Shown here piece after piece: positions 11,426 through 21,943 of a stretch of 64,000 nucleotides of DNA (positions are counted from its first letter, which is position 1; each line of letters begins with the position of its first letter). This stretch comes from Sphyrna mokarran. Taxonomy: Eukaryota. The stretch is taken from the NCBI GenBank assembly GCA_024679065.1, contig JAGIQG010000005.1, forward strand, positions 93,310,001 to 93,374,000. Reading direction: 5' to 3'. Under the pieces are notes generated by a model. It worked only from the letters and a program-made list of their open reading frames with translations, was not told where the DNA came from and made no database searches. A program made the translations under genes and the position numbers.

Positions 11426-11459
11426 CACCTGATGAAGGGGCAAACCCCGAAAGCTTGTG
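11426..11459 (+). ncRNA. Minimal (type I, PLE-type) hammerhead ribozyme motif, fully paired
   Basis: CAC-CUGAUGA-A-GGGG-CAAA-CCCC-GAAA-GCU-U-GUG: stem I CAC/GUG, core CUGAUGA, stem II GGGG/CCCC, GAAA, palindromic AGCU, and a UU site. Confidence 0.8.
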
Positions 11460-11580
11460 TGTTTACTATCAAATAAATCAGTTGGACTTAAACCTGCTGT
11501 TGTCAGACACCTTACTGCGTTAAATCTGAAGCCACCTTTAAGACAGACATTATATTTTTTTCCAACCTTTCCTAAATATT

Positions 11581-11845
11581 GGGAGCACAGTGGCAAATGG
11601 CTAGCACTGTTGTCTCACAGTGTTAGGGATCTGGATTCGATTCCCAGCTTGGGTCACTATCTGTGCGGAGTCTGCACGTTCTCCCTATGTCTGTGTAGAC
11701 TTCCTCCCACAGTGAGCATGACAAGCTGGTAAGGTACTTTAGTCATGTTAAATTCTCCCTCAGTGTGGCCACTTGGGGATTTTCGCAGTTAGTTGGCTGC
11801 AGTGTTAATGTAAGCCTACTTGTGACACTAATAAATAAATAATTA
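11581..11845 (+). mobile_element. V-SINE variant: HE1 head with a non-CR1 tail
   Basis: A/B boxes and V-domain, then AAATTCTCCCTCAGTG...GCAGTGTTAATGTAAGCCTACTTGTGACACTAATAAATAAA. Confidence 0.88.
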
Positions 11846-12734
11846 TTTTATTTAACCATGAGGATATGAGCATCTATTAAATAATAAGGTCAGTGTGGGC
11901 TGGAGCATCATCGTAATTGCTGACTCATATTATAAAGGTAGATTTGAGAGATAATTTACTATAAGTCCCAAACTGTTTTCATTCACGACTTTCTTTAAGT
12001 TCGCCTCACCATTGTGTAATTATAATGTTATTTTTAGTGCCAACATGAGTTAGGGTTTGTTAAATGTCATTTGCCAATTGGATGCTCAGCTGCGAAATCT
12101 CTGCATCCTTTGGATAATATCAGCTTCAATAATGACATTCAGAATCCAGCGCCATTTCATATCATACGCAAACAATGAAAAATTCTCTTTCATTTACTTA
12201 ACTAATGAGTATTTTGGATAAAAGAGACATAAAGCTTGATCTGTGTAGAACTCTGCTTTATTCTCCATCAGAAAAAAGTCTTTTTATATTGTGCACACAA
12301 TTTTCTCTTCAAATTATGGCATCTCACACCATAATTGGATGATCTATAACCTTTCTCTAAAGATGAACTGTGTACTGGCTAGCACTAAAATGCCAGATGA
12401 TGTGCTGTTTCCTGTAAGTAACAGAATGAATGCGACAAGGGCAAGTAAAATTAATGGCTGTCCTTTTAACATGGAGTTGTGATCCCAGCAGGGAGGAAGG
12501 CTTGTTGACTATTTTGAAGTTGGGAAACCCAGGGAAATGGGTTTCCTGAATGTTCTGTAATTTCTGATTGTAAATTGATGAAGAATACCCATTAGATAAG
12601 CCAGGTAGCCGTCCCTGATGCCTGCCACTGCAGATTCAAAACTAGTTTGCAAGCGCCGCTAAAGGAGGATTCAGAATTTTACTCTGAAATGGGAAATTGT
12701 GCCTTTGCATGTCAATATCTTTGCACTGAATGCC

Positions 12735-12980
12735 TAAAGACATAAGAACAGATGCACGTCATTCATCCCCTTGAACTTGTTCTAATTAATTGCATTATGA
12801 CTGATACGTCTCTTCATTCAATTTTCCTGTCATTGGTCTATACTGCTTGAAAGTAGAAATATGTTGATCTAAGTCTCAAAAAATGCGATTGATTCTGCAT
12901 CTATAATTTTAAAGGGGACAGAATCCCATACTTGCATTATCCTTTACTTGAAAAAAAGTCCTCCTGATTTTATGTTGAAT
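12735..12980 (-). mobile_element. Old CR1 3' fragment
   Basis: Degenerate (CATAAGAA) tail and CCCCTTGAACTTGTTC hairpin remnant. Confidence 0.5.
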
Positions 12981-13039
12981 TAATTCGTTCACAATCTTCA
13001 CAGCACATGCGTTCTGCATGCCCCATCCATGCAAAGTTA

Positions 13040-13321
13040 TGTTAACATGCCATCTTATTCCTTACCCCCATAGCCTCTCATACCCTCTAAGGTAACTATA
13101 ATAACTCCATGGAGGTGAAAGTCCAATCACCCAGCTACTTTCTTTGCACCATACATCCGTGCACAGCCAGCTCTTCAGTTGCTCCCTGCTGAATGTAGGC
13201 TGGGAGTCTGACTCATCTCCTTTAAATAGGGAGCATGAACTCCCTGATTTAACCATCAATGAGAACTCATTAGTTAGTTCATATTTTAGCAAGCCTCATT
13301 AGCCTGGCTGTAGTCATCACA
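13040..13321 (-). mobile_element. Putative solo LTR (Gypsy-like)
   Basis: The minus strand starts TGTGATGAC, contains TATTTAAA and ends near ...TGTTAACA. No convincing TSD. Confidence 0.35.
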
Positions 13322-14447
13322 GTAACCTATGGAAACTACCATGCAAATTCACCCAATATACATTCTACAGAACAATTCACTCTCATATTAACAACAGCAT
13401 GTGCGAAAAAACATACATTCTTTCATGAAGCTACTTTTACTATAGCCCTATGTTATTATACAGACTCCTTAAAATATCAGTAGCAGAAACTGTAAACACT
13501 TGACATTTTTTCATCTCGTGGAAGCTATCACTGTATAATCGACAAATTAGGTCAGTTAGAAAGAACTGTCAAAGAACAACATTTTCTTTGGGCATAGCTT
13601 TTTTAAATAGATTGATGGATGCTTAGACTTTTAATCAAGAATACACAATGAGCTTTGACTGAGAGCCCAGACACTCATTGCTCAATTGAAACAGCAATGC
13701 CTCAGGGAAAACATCGCTTGATTGAAAGATTTTGCTATTTGATCTATTCTGCCAAACACAAAGTGTTTGTTTACACGAACCGAAAAGGTTACAAGTACTT
13801 GCAGTTTCTGCTACTGATACTTTACAGGGCCTGGATGATCAACACTTTTACAGGGCTATAAGTGAATTTTTACACAGAAATGTCTACTTATAAAATTTTA
13901 TTCAAATATGCTGTGGTTACAATTCTGTTCAATGGTTCTGCACACAGTATGTAGTGGATGAATGGCAATGGAATGATCATAGGTTGACATGAAGGGAATG
14001 AAGAGCTGGCTGGGGGACATAGGTGAGCAAGGGGTGGGTGTGAGAAGTTTTGAACTTACCTTTCAAAAGATTGCCTTATTCATACTATGTTTCATGTCAT
14101 TTCTGAGGGACCATAAATTCTTAAAAAGCTGGCCCAAATCTATGAAAATTCCAAAGGGCAGAAGATGGTTTCCCTGAAGTGGAACCAGCCAGGGTGGGTG
14201 TGCTGGATGTGTAATCACCATCCGTACCACTATGCACCCTTACCACATACTTGTGAAAATTAGGGGCACCAGGAATGGGATGAGAAATTCTGGAATTGTG
14301 CCCCGGACACCATCTTTAAAGGTCCATGGAGTTTCTCCAATTCTATGAAAATCCAGAACTCTCCTGCTGGTACCCCCCTGCCCTTATAGAGGAAAATGGC
14401 TTCTGCTTATTCTGTCAAACTGTTCAATAGCTGTGGCCACAATTCAT

Positions 14448-14758
14448 ACTGGCACAGGGGTTAGCACTGCTGCCTCATAGCACCAGGGACACAGGTTTGA
14501 TTCTGGCTGCGGGTCACTGTCTGTGTGGAATTTGCACATTCTTCTCGTGTCTGTGTGGTTTCCTCCGGGCACTCTGGTCTCCTCCCACAGTCCAAAGATG
14601 TGCAGGTTAGGTTGATTGGTAATTCTTGAATTGACTCTAGTGTTAGGGGATTAGCAGGGTAAATATGCGGGGTTACGGGAATAGGGTCTGGGTAGGATTG
14701 TGGTTAGTGCAGACTCAATGGGCCAAATGGCTTCCTTCTGCACTGAAGAGACTCTATG
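14448..14758 (+). mobile_element. HE1-type V-SINE
   Basis: GGCACAGGGGTTAGCACTGCTGCCTCA head, V-domain, and tail GCAGACTCAATGGGCCAAATGGCTTCCTTCTGCACTG...CTCTATG. Confidence 0.92.
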
Positions 14759-14789
14759 AAACACAAAACTTGAAACAACTTGAAAACTT

Positions 14790-15770
14790 GGGGGTGATTC
14801 TCCCAAAAGTGCTGAATTGGTGGGAAAACTGTTCTAAATCCCAACTGTTCTGTCAGCTCATCTTCTCACCAGAATCTCCGCGCTCTGTGCATTGCAGAGG
14901 GCCCAATGAATATCATTAAAAACCCAGGAGGTCAGGCCTATTCATGCTGGAGTTCTGACAGTTCTGGAGTTCTGTGCATGTGCAGTGGCCCCAAACTGTT
15001 AACTTCCTGTATGCTGGTCAGCTTGATTGCTGGCCAGCCTGGGAGCCCTGAAGTGCTGCCCTTACAGCAACCCCCCTCCATCCCCAGAGCCTGATTGGGC
15101 CCCTAGAACAATTCCTGGACAGTCCCAACCCTCTCTACCCTGGAGCATCCCAATGTCCATGTCCCACTCCCAGTGGTGGCGATCTCCCCATTCCCCTCAC
15201 CCTAGCAGACCACATGTCCTGCTGACCAACTCCAATCCCCTGGAGGCAGAGCTCCCCCCCCACCCCAGCAGATGCCCCACTCAGCTTGCTCCAATTGCTG
15301 CCAGACAGATTCCAATGCAGATTGGCAGCGAGACCCCCTCAACTCCCACTGATTGTTCCTAGGCCCCACCTGTAATAGGTTGCACTCCTTGGTACTGCCC
15401 AATGCCTGGTGGGCAGTGCCAAGGTGCTTCCCTGGGCATGGGCACTTTGCTCCTTTGCACTGTCAAGGTTCCCATCCCTAGGGGACACCAACCCCCTCCC
15501 CTGCTGTCCAACCCGTTGCGGCACCTTGATTGCCTCCCCACTTCATTCCGGCAGGGTCTCCTGATAGTTCCCCAAATTTGGGGAGCTAGTCTGAACCCCT
15601 GCCGGAATGAAGTGGGAGATTCAATCGGGACCTTTTCGATCCTGATAATTAGCATCAATACATATTTAAAATATGTGCAGAAATGATTTAAATTACCTAC
15701 CTGCCTGCCTGCAGTTTTTCAGTGTAGTCTGACTGGGTGACTGTTCACTGACTGTGAGAGATGTGCATGT
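14790..15770 (+). mobile_element. Large Harbinger-type MITE (C-rich interior family)
   Basis: Starts GGGGGTGATTCTCCC. Shares blocks (GCATGYGC-AGTGGCC; GGTGGGCAGTGCCAAGGTGC...GGCACTTTGC) with 53718-54798 and, inverted, with 35500-36640. Confidence 0.7.
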
Positions 15771-15844
15771 GCAAGTTCCTGTTCAAGGCCACAGATGATT
15801 CTCCGACCATGAAAAGTTGCGGGTATCAATGGAGAATTGCGGCC

Positions 15845-16200
15845 TTGTACAAGATGCATTGCAGCAACTCACCAAATCTCCTTCAATAACACCTCTCAAA
15901 TCTGCAACTCTAACACCTCGAAGGACAAGGGTAACAGATGTGTGGGAGCACCATCATCTGGAAGATCCTTCCATGAAAGCACACAGCATCCTAACCTGGA
16001 AATATACTGTCATTCCTTTACTATCACTTGGCCCAAATCCTGGAACACTCTTCCCAACATCAGTGTGGGAATACCCGTAACACATGGACTGCAGTGGTTC
16101 AAGAAGACATGCTCCCCACCACCTTCTCAAGGGCAATTAAGGATGGGCAACAAATGTTGGCATTGTTACTAACTCTTACATCCTAGAAAGGAATTTCAAA
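15845..16200 (+). mobile_element. CR1 (second subfamily) 3' end
   Basis: Peptide ..HSFTITWPKSWNTLPNISVG...GLQWFKK and tail TTCTCAAGGGCAATTAAGGATGGGCAACAAATG. Confidence 0.8.
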
Positions 16201-17254
16201 ATGATTGCACGGTGGGCAAGCCACCAGGAAGTGCAGGATCGAGACCTGAAAATGGCGCCGACTTGTGGTTACTGTTGAAATGCTCAAGTTTCTGCTATTG
16301 TTGGGAACGAGTAGAGGCAGCTTCACAGGTTTACGTATCCAGTAGCCTGAAATTTAAAGCCTCTTTGTCAACATGTTGCCTGGGGATACTCGGCAAGAGT
16401 ATGAAGCTTGCCAATCTCATTTAAGTAAAGCTCCAGGTCCAAAATTACTGGCACGTAGATAATTTCAAAATTTTTGTCACCATTATATTGGAAACATTAC
16501 CAAAAACACATTTTCAATCATACAAGTGCTAATTATTAGAACACTGGTTTTGAAACTGTGGATAACTGCATATTGTTTGATTGTGTTGGAGTAATGAGCA
16601 TTTTGGAGGTTTCAAATAAAAATATGAAGCTAATACAATAGAGGCTGTCATGTTCTTTTACCGGATTATTTCTACTCATTAGTTTTCACGCAACGTCTTT
16701 ATCTTTGCTTTACACAGGCTTCAGGAGCTGCAAGGTCAAATCAGAAAAGAATAAATACTTCTGCTTCTGCAATCAATTAATCTCTGTGATAGTGTATTTT
16801 CTATTTCGAACTGCTCGAATCCAATCCTGTACTTAAGACATCAAGTATAAATCAGTCTGCATTAAATGGATTAGTGAAAGCCATACAGGCTCTTCCCAGT
16901 TCTGGATGTCATTGCTCATTGCTGGCAGGTATTGTTGGTAATTATCAGTAAATAGCACATCCACTTTAATACATTTGGAATGAATTTCTGGTTTGCTAAG
17001 GTGTAGCTTTCGCCACATCTACAAGCAGATGGGATTTTGGCCCATAGGGACTTTCAATGTGTTTCTGTGACTATTTTCTGTAGCTTGCAAAACATTCATA
17101 TCATCAACAGCAATGTTCTCCTCTGAAAGGAGAACGTTGAGAAAAATCTCAGCCCATACTTCTGGAATGTGACAGAGGCATAATTATTATACATACAAGT
17201 CTTATCTACTGAGGCAGGGGTGAATCACAAGTATAAAGTGCAGCAAGAGAATTT

Positions 17255-18610
17255 GTTGCTGAAGAAAAGAAACATTGTTATCAAAGCTTTTAGTCTTGCA
17301 TTCATCTGGACAGTCTCAAGAATACAACGTAAGAGAAATCAACAGATTTATACTGTAGGAGAAGAAAATGCTAATTGGTTGGCAGATGGACTCTGAATGG
17401 TGGAGACTTTGCCATGGAGAATGCACCAGTTGATGACTGATAATTAACTTCCAAGCATTATTCAAAATTTGAACCCGGCAGCTTGACTGATTTGTCCAAG
17501 AATTGCTGTGAAGGATGAACCAGAAAATGGCTATCATTGCACAATACATGTATATGTTCTTTTTGTCTGCAAAGAGCAGGACCTCATATATTAATATATA
17601 AGGCCATAAAACCATAAGACATAGAAGTAGAATTAGGCCACTCGGCCCATCGAATCTGCTCTGCCACTTGATCATGACTTATATTTTTCTCATCCCCATT
17701 CTCCTGCCTTTTCCCCATAATTCTATTTAACTCAGTCTTAAAGACACTCAATGACCTGGCCTCCTCGGCCTTCTGCAGCAAAGAGTTCTACAGAATCACC
17801 ACTCCCTGGCTGAAGAAATTCCCCCTCATCTCTAATTTAAAGGATCGTCTCTTTAACCTGAGGTTTTGTCCTCTGGTTCTAGTTTTTCCTACTGATGGAA
17901 ACATTATCTCCACATCTACTCTATCCAGGCCTCACAGTATCCTGTAAGTTTCAATAAGATCCCTCCATCCTTCCAAATTCCAATGAATACAGACCCAGAG
18001 TCCTCAACTGTTCCTCAAGCAACAAGCTCTTCATTCCATAGATCATTCCTGTGAATCTCCTCTGGACCATTTTCAAGGCCAGCCCACTCTTCCTTAGAAA
18101 TGGGGCTCAAAACTGCTCACAAATAGGCTCTGACCAGAGCCTTATACTGACCTCAGAAATACATCCTGACTCTTGTATTCTAACCCCCTCGATATAAATG
18201 CATTGCATTTGCTTTCCTTACTTCTGACTGAACCTGCACATTAACCTTAAGAGAATTTTATACAAGGACTTCCAAGTCCCTTTGTGTTTCTGGTTTCCAA
18301 AATATTTTCCCATTTTGAAAATTTATTCCTCTATTTCTCCTTCCAAAATGCATAACCTCACACTTTTCTGCATTGTATTCCGTCTGCCGCTTCTTTGACC
18401 ACGCTGCTAATCTGTCCAACTCCTTCTATAACCCCATTGCTTCCTCAATACTACCTGCATGTCACACTGCAAACCTGACTGATGATCTTAAATTGGTTGT
18501 CAGCACAATTCCTAGCACACTGAGGATTGTTTAGCAAATCTGGTTGAATCATAGGATCACATCTAATATTGGACACTGTTTTGAGTTAATCAAGCATGAA
18601 CTTATTGGGT
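17255..18610 (-). mobile_element. Penelope-like element (family C): GIY-YIG C-terminus and 3' UTR with decayed hammerhead, split by a CR1
   Basis: The minus strand encodes LLNNPQCARNCADNQFKIISQVCSV (18460-18545), then YINI*GPALCRQKEHIH (17550-17600). Hammerhead remnant TGTC-CAGATGA-ATGCAAGACT-AAAAGCTTT-GATA at ~17279-17312. Confidence 0.75.
17602..18457 (-). mobile_element. CR1/HER1 LINE 3' fragment inserted into the PLE
   Basis: (CCATAAGA)n tail, TAGGCCACTCGGCCCATCGAATCTGC hairpin, and peptide QKAEEARSLSVFKTELNR. Confidence 0.92.
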
Positions 18611-18689
18611 ATAGTCTGTATCTTTCCTGTTACAAACAGTGGAAGGGACATGATACAATCAAGTACGGCCTAAATACTTAGCATCACTC

Positions 18690-19265
18690 TGGCAATCTAG
18701 TCCCATACCATTGCATGAATCATTATTCATTGAACTTATGAGCTCAGCAAGTCGTGCTGTTAAGTTCAGTTTTAACAACACCATGGATGTCTGCATAGAT
18801 GAAATCTCTACGGGATCCTCTCTAGGCCCAATTCTGAAAACATCTTTGTTGGGTTCCATGTGGAATGCATGATACCTAACGGAGTGATACCTAACCTCCT
18901 ACTCCTCACACATTTCTAGGACGTGGATGATTCATTATTGAAATTTGCAACAGTATGGAATAATAACCTTACATGTCTTAACTCACCTTTGAAATGGTGC
19001 AATCAAATGAATTCCCTTTCCTTGATGTACTAATTGAGAAATCGGCCAGGGAGTTCTCCACCATGGTCTACACATACCTGCATACGTGGTCAATACTCAC
19101 ACTGGGATTCTCACAGTTCCAGATGCTATCATATTGGCCTTATCGGCAAACTTGTAATAGATTCCAGGCCATTTGCCCATCATGATGCTGAAATAGGATG
19201 CATCAAAGACATTCTATGGGAGATTGGCCACATTTTATACTGTATATCATGCAAACCCCCACGAA
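18690..19265 (+). pseudogene. Penelope-like reverse transcriptase fragment (decayed)
   Basis: FIELMSSASRAVKFSFNNTM..IDEISTGSSLGPIL (from GVAMGSPLGP), F*DVDD (from YVDD), TFEMVQSNEFPFLDVLIEK and GQYSHWDS..SRCYHIGLIG. Confidence 0.85.
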
Positions 19266-20145
19266 TGGTCCTATTCTTTACGGACAGAAAGCACATGTAC
19301 ACGCACTTACCTGTTTCAGCAAAACAAAATAAGTGAAAACTAGTGTGTTTCTCTCCAGTGCTGAGAGCAGTGCCATGTCCCTCTTCCCCAGGGGCAATAG
19401 TCATCCCTGGAAGGATCCATGCCACAGGTTCACGTCTAGGTGAACCTCTTATAAACTTTGCCAAATGACATCATTTTGGCGAGCTTTGAAAAAATGGCAA
19501 AGGGGGAATGTAGGGAGAGGCAGATTGTTAATTATATTTGGATATATGAACATATATGTAAATGAGTTTCTTGCGCTCTTGTGAGGTGAGAACTCATCAC
19601 GTCGGGGGGTGGGGAATATTGCAGCATGCAATCTCTCTGGAGAAAATCGCGCGTAAATAATGCTGACTCATGACTTTTGCCAAAATGCAGATTGTTAACT
19701 TATAAATTTGTTCTCTTCACCCTTGTTATTGATACAAGAGCTAACAATAGAAAAGATTCTAATCTGAATGAAAATCAGTGATATGTATTTTTACTTTCAC
19801 CACTAGGTGGAAAACTGTTAGTGGGTGAACCACCAGTTGTACACCCACATGGTATAATTTCCCATTGCCTTCAGTGGGAAGGAAACCCAGAGAGTGTCAT
19901 CTGACCAGAATTTGGCAGAGTGTTGGTTCAGAGAGAAAAATGGAGTGAATCGCACCAATGGCGGCAGCGTAATTTGTGACCGAATTTTGAGCCTCATTGA
20001 TAAAAGTTTTTATGGCCACAAGAATAACTGCGATTGCAGCGACTTCCCTCTGATTCGCCCAACACAACTCCACTTAATTGCGCCAATCACTAGGGCGCTA
20101 CACATAAATGGTTCTCCAGCACTTGTTCCACAGTGATTACAGGGG

Positions 20146-20378
20146 ATGGCAGCGAGGAATCTGCACTGCGTTTCTCAGAGGGAACACTCACCGGACTCCT
20201 CGATGGAAAGTGGCACAGGCAGGATGCGCTCTTCCGCACTCCAGGAGAAGGATTCCCAACAAAGTCACAATCCCCGGCATGGGATGCAGTGGCAGCCCAG
20301 GTGAGGGCAAACACACTGGACAAGAAAATGGGGCAGCAGTGCCACAAAAGGATGAGCAATCTTCTGCACTCAGCCAGG
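20146..20378 (+). pseudogene. PIF/Harbinger transposon Myb/SANT-like DNA-binding protein, exon 1 remnant
   Basis: ATG at 20146 (MAAR, then a 1-nt frameshift) followed by SALRFSEGTLTGLLDG...QDALF...AWDAVAAQVRAN...QCHKRMSNLLHSAR, the PRFS..L..L...LF...AW..VA..V...QC.K..N.L trihelix pattern. Ends in a decayed donor AGG|ATAAGT. A basic C-terminal-like piece (PRLSGRVKKSKK*) ends at 20679. Confidence 0.8.
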
Positions 20379-21179
20379 ATAAGTGAGCCTCATGCAGTTT
20401 CTTTCTGGACCCCTTTGCACACCCCTCCCACTTTCACCTTCTTCTCTCACCCAGCCACTTCGGGCTTTACCAACAACCATAAGGAGACCCTTCACCTTAC
20501 TGCAATACCTGTGCTACCCAAAAGCTGACCAGGGCCTCAAGGTCCAGGACCCCCAGAGACTGCCCGCCAGGGTCATCTCTGGCACAGGGAATGGAGGTCA
20601 GCAGGCCCCCTCAACCTCAGCTGTAGATCCTGGGAAAGCACCCAGACTTAGTGGGAGGGTGAAGAAGAGTAAGAAGTGATGGATACCTAGTTGGTATGGG
20701 TGAAAGAAGACACTAAGATCATAAGAACACCAGAAATAGGAACAGGAGTAGACCATCTAGCCCCTCGCACCTGCCCCGCCATTCAGTAAGATCATGGCTG
20801 ATCTGAAGTGGATCAGTACCTGCTATGGATGATCCCTAAATAGAAGTTTGTCCTTAGGTCTTGAAAGTGAGAGAGAATTTCATAAGGATTTTCCTGAAAT
20901 TGGTCACAGGTTTTTTTCTTGTGTTTACAATTCCAGTTGTTGCTAATATTGATCAGGGAGATAGTGTGTATGAAGTTGCACTGCCTTGCTGTTAGTGTGA
21001 GAATGAATGATTTTAAGAACTTTTACCCATTCCTCTTTCCATATCTTGCTATTGTCATTTGATTATGTTCATTATGAAACATTGCCGACTGTATTCAAAT
21101 TTAGATGCAGCATGATAACAGGAATCTTTGGCATTTATACAGAGACTTTACAGTGCTTGAAATTCCTCGAACTAGCAGA

Positions 21180-21420
21180 TATCAAGCTAAGAAGGCAGTG
21201 ATTAGGTAGGATGACTGAAATCTTGGTTAAATGTCAAAAGGTGAACTTCAAAATGGTTTTTAAAGGGGGAAAGAGATGTACAGTCCTACTGCGGCCTAAG
21301 GATGCAGTCCAGTGATAAAGACCTAGACGGCTGAAGGTTCCATCACATGGACAAGACAAAGAAAAGGACGGATGCACAGAAGCCCAGAACTAGAAGAACA
21401 CAGGGAATTACTAGGGGATT
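21180..21420 (-). mobile_element. Old L2 3' fragment
   Basis: GACCTAGACGGCTGAAGG...GGATGCACAGAAGCCCAGAA is the reverse complement of the L2 block seen at 51140-51220 and 52640. Confidence 0.5.
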
Positions 21421-21851
21421 TGAATAGGAAGAGCTTGCACGAGGGGTTTGGGTGATTTTTAAAAATTTTTCTTTTGGGATGTCAGCGTTGCCAGCATTTA
21501 TTACCCATTATTGTTACTCTTGAGTGACATGCAACACTATTAAGTGTATGAGGGTGAGATTAAGCAGCTGAGTGAGAGATTTAAGACACGGTTGATATAG
21601 CTTGTAAGCAATTGAGTGAAATGGATGGATAATGAGCAGTGTTTAAAGCTGATGGTCATGTTAATAGAAAGTGGCATGTAATGATGCATTCACTGATCAT
21701 GACCACTGGTCGGAGGCCCTTAAACTTCTTCCAGTGCTGCATATAGATCCTCAACGCCAACTGTTAGTATTGACTGCCATTGTTATCTGCTCCCCTGCTG
21801 CCTTCAGAATTTCTGTCCATAGAGCCACTCTGCACTGGTGATCTCCTGTAC

Positions 21852-21943
21852 TGACAGTAAGAAGTCTCTCAACACTAGATTAAAGTTCAACAGGATTATT
21901 TGGAACCACAAGCTTTCGGAGCTGCTCCTTTTATCAGATAGGT
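21852..21943 (-). mobile_element. PLE family A pseudo-LTR fragment with decayed hammerhead
   Basis: ACAGTAAGAAGTCTCTCAACAC...CACAAGCTTTCGGAGCTGCTCCTTTTATCAG matches the left arms at 2674 and 10687. A shorter stub lies at ~48814-48842. Confidence 0.8.

Larger units (their letters stand above)
10651..11518 (+). mobile_element. Penelope-like element (family A): inverted pseudo-LTR, GIY-YIG C-terminus, pseudo-LTR
   Basis: ~275-bp inverted arms (~10687-10961 / ~11240-11516), an unpaired ~36-bp tail at 10651-10686, and a perfect 12-bp TSD GTTAAATCTGAA (10639-10650, 11519-11530). Confidence 0.95.

Noticed and set aside
20133-20528. Possible domesticated host MSANTD/NAIF1-like gene
   Set aside because: A frameshift just after the ATG, a mutated splice donor and missing middle exons indicate a dead transposon copy.
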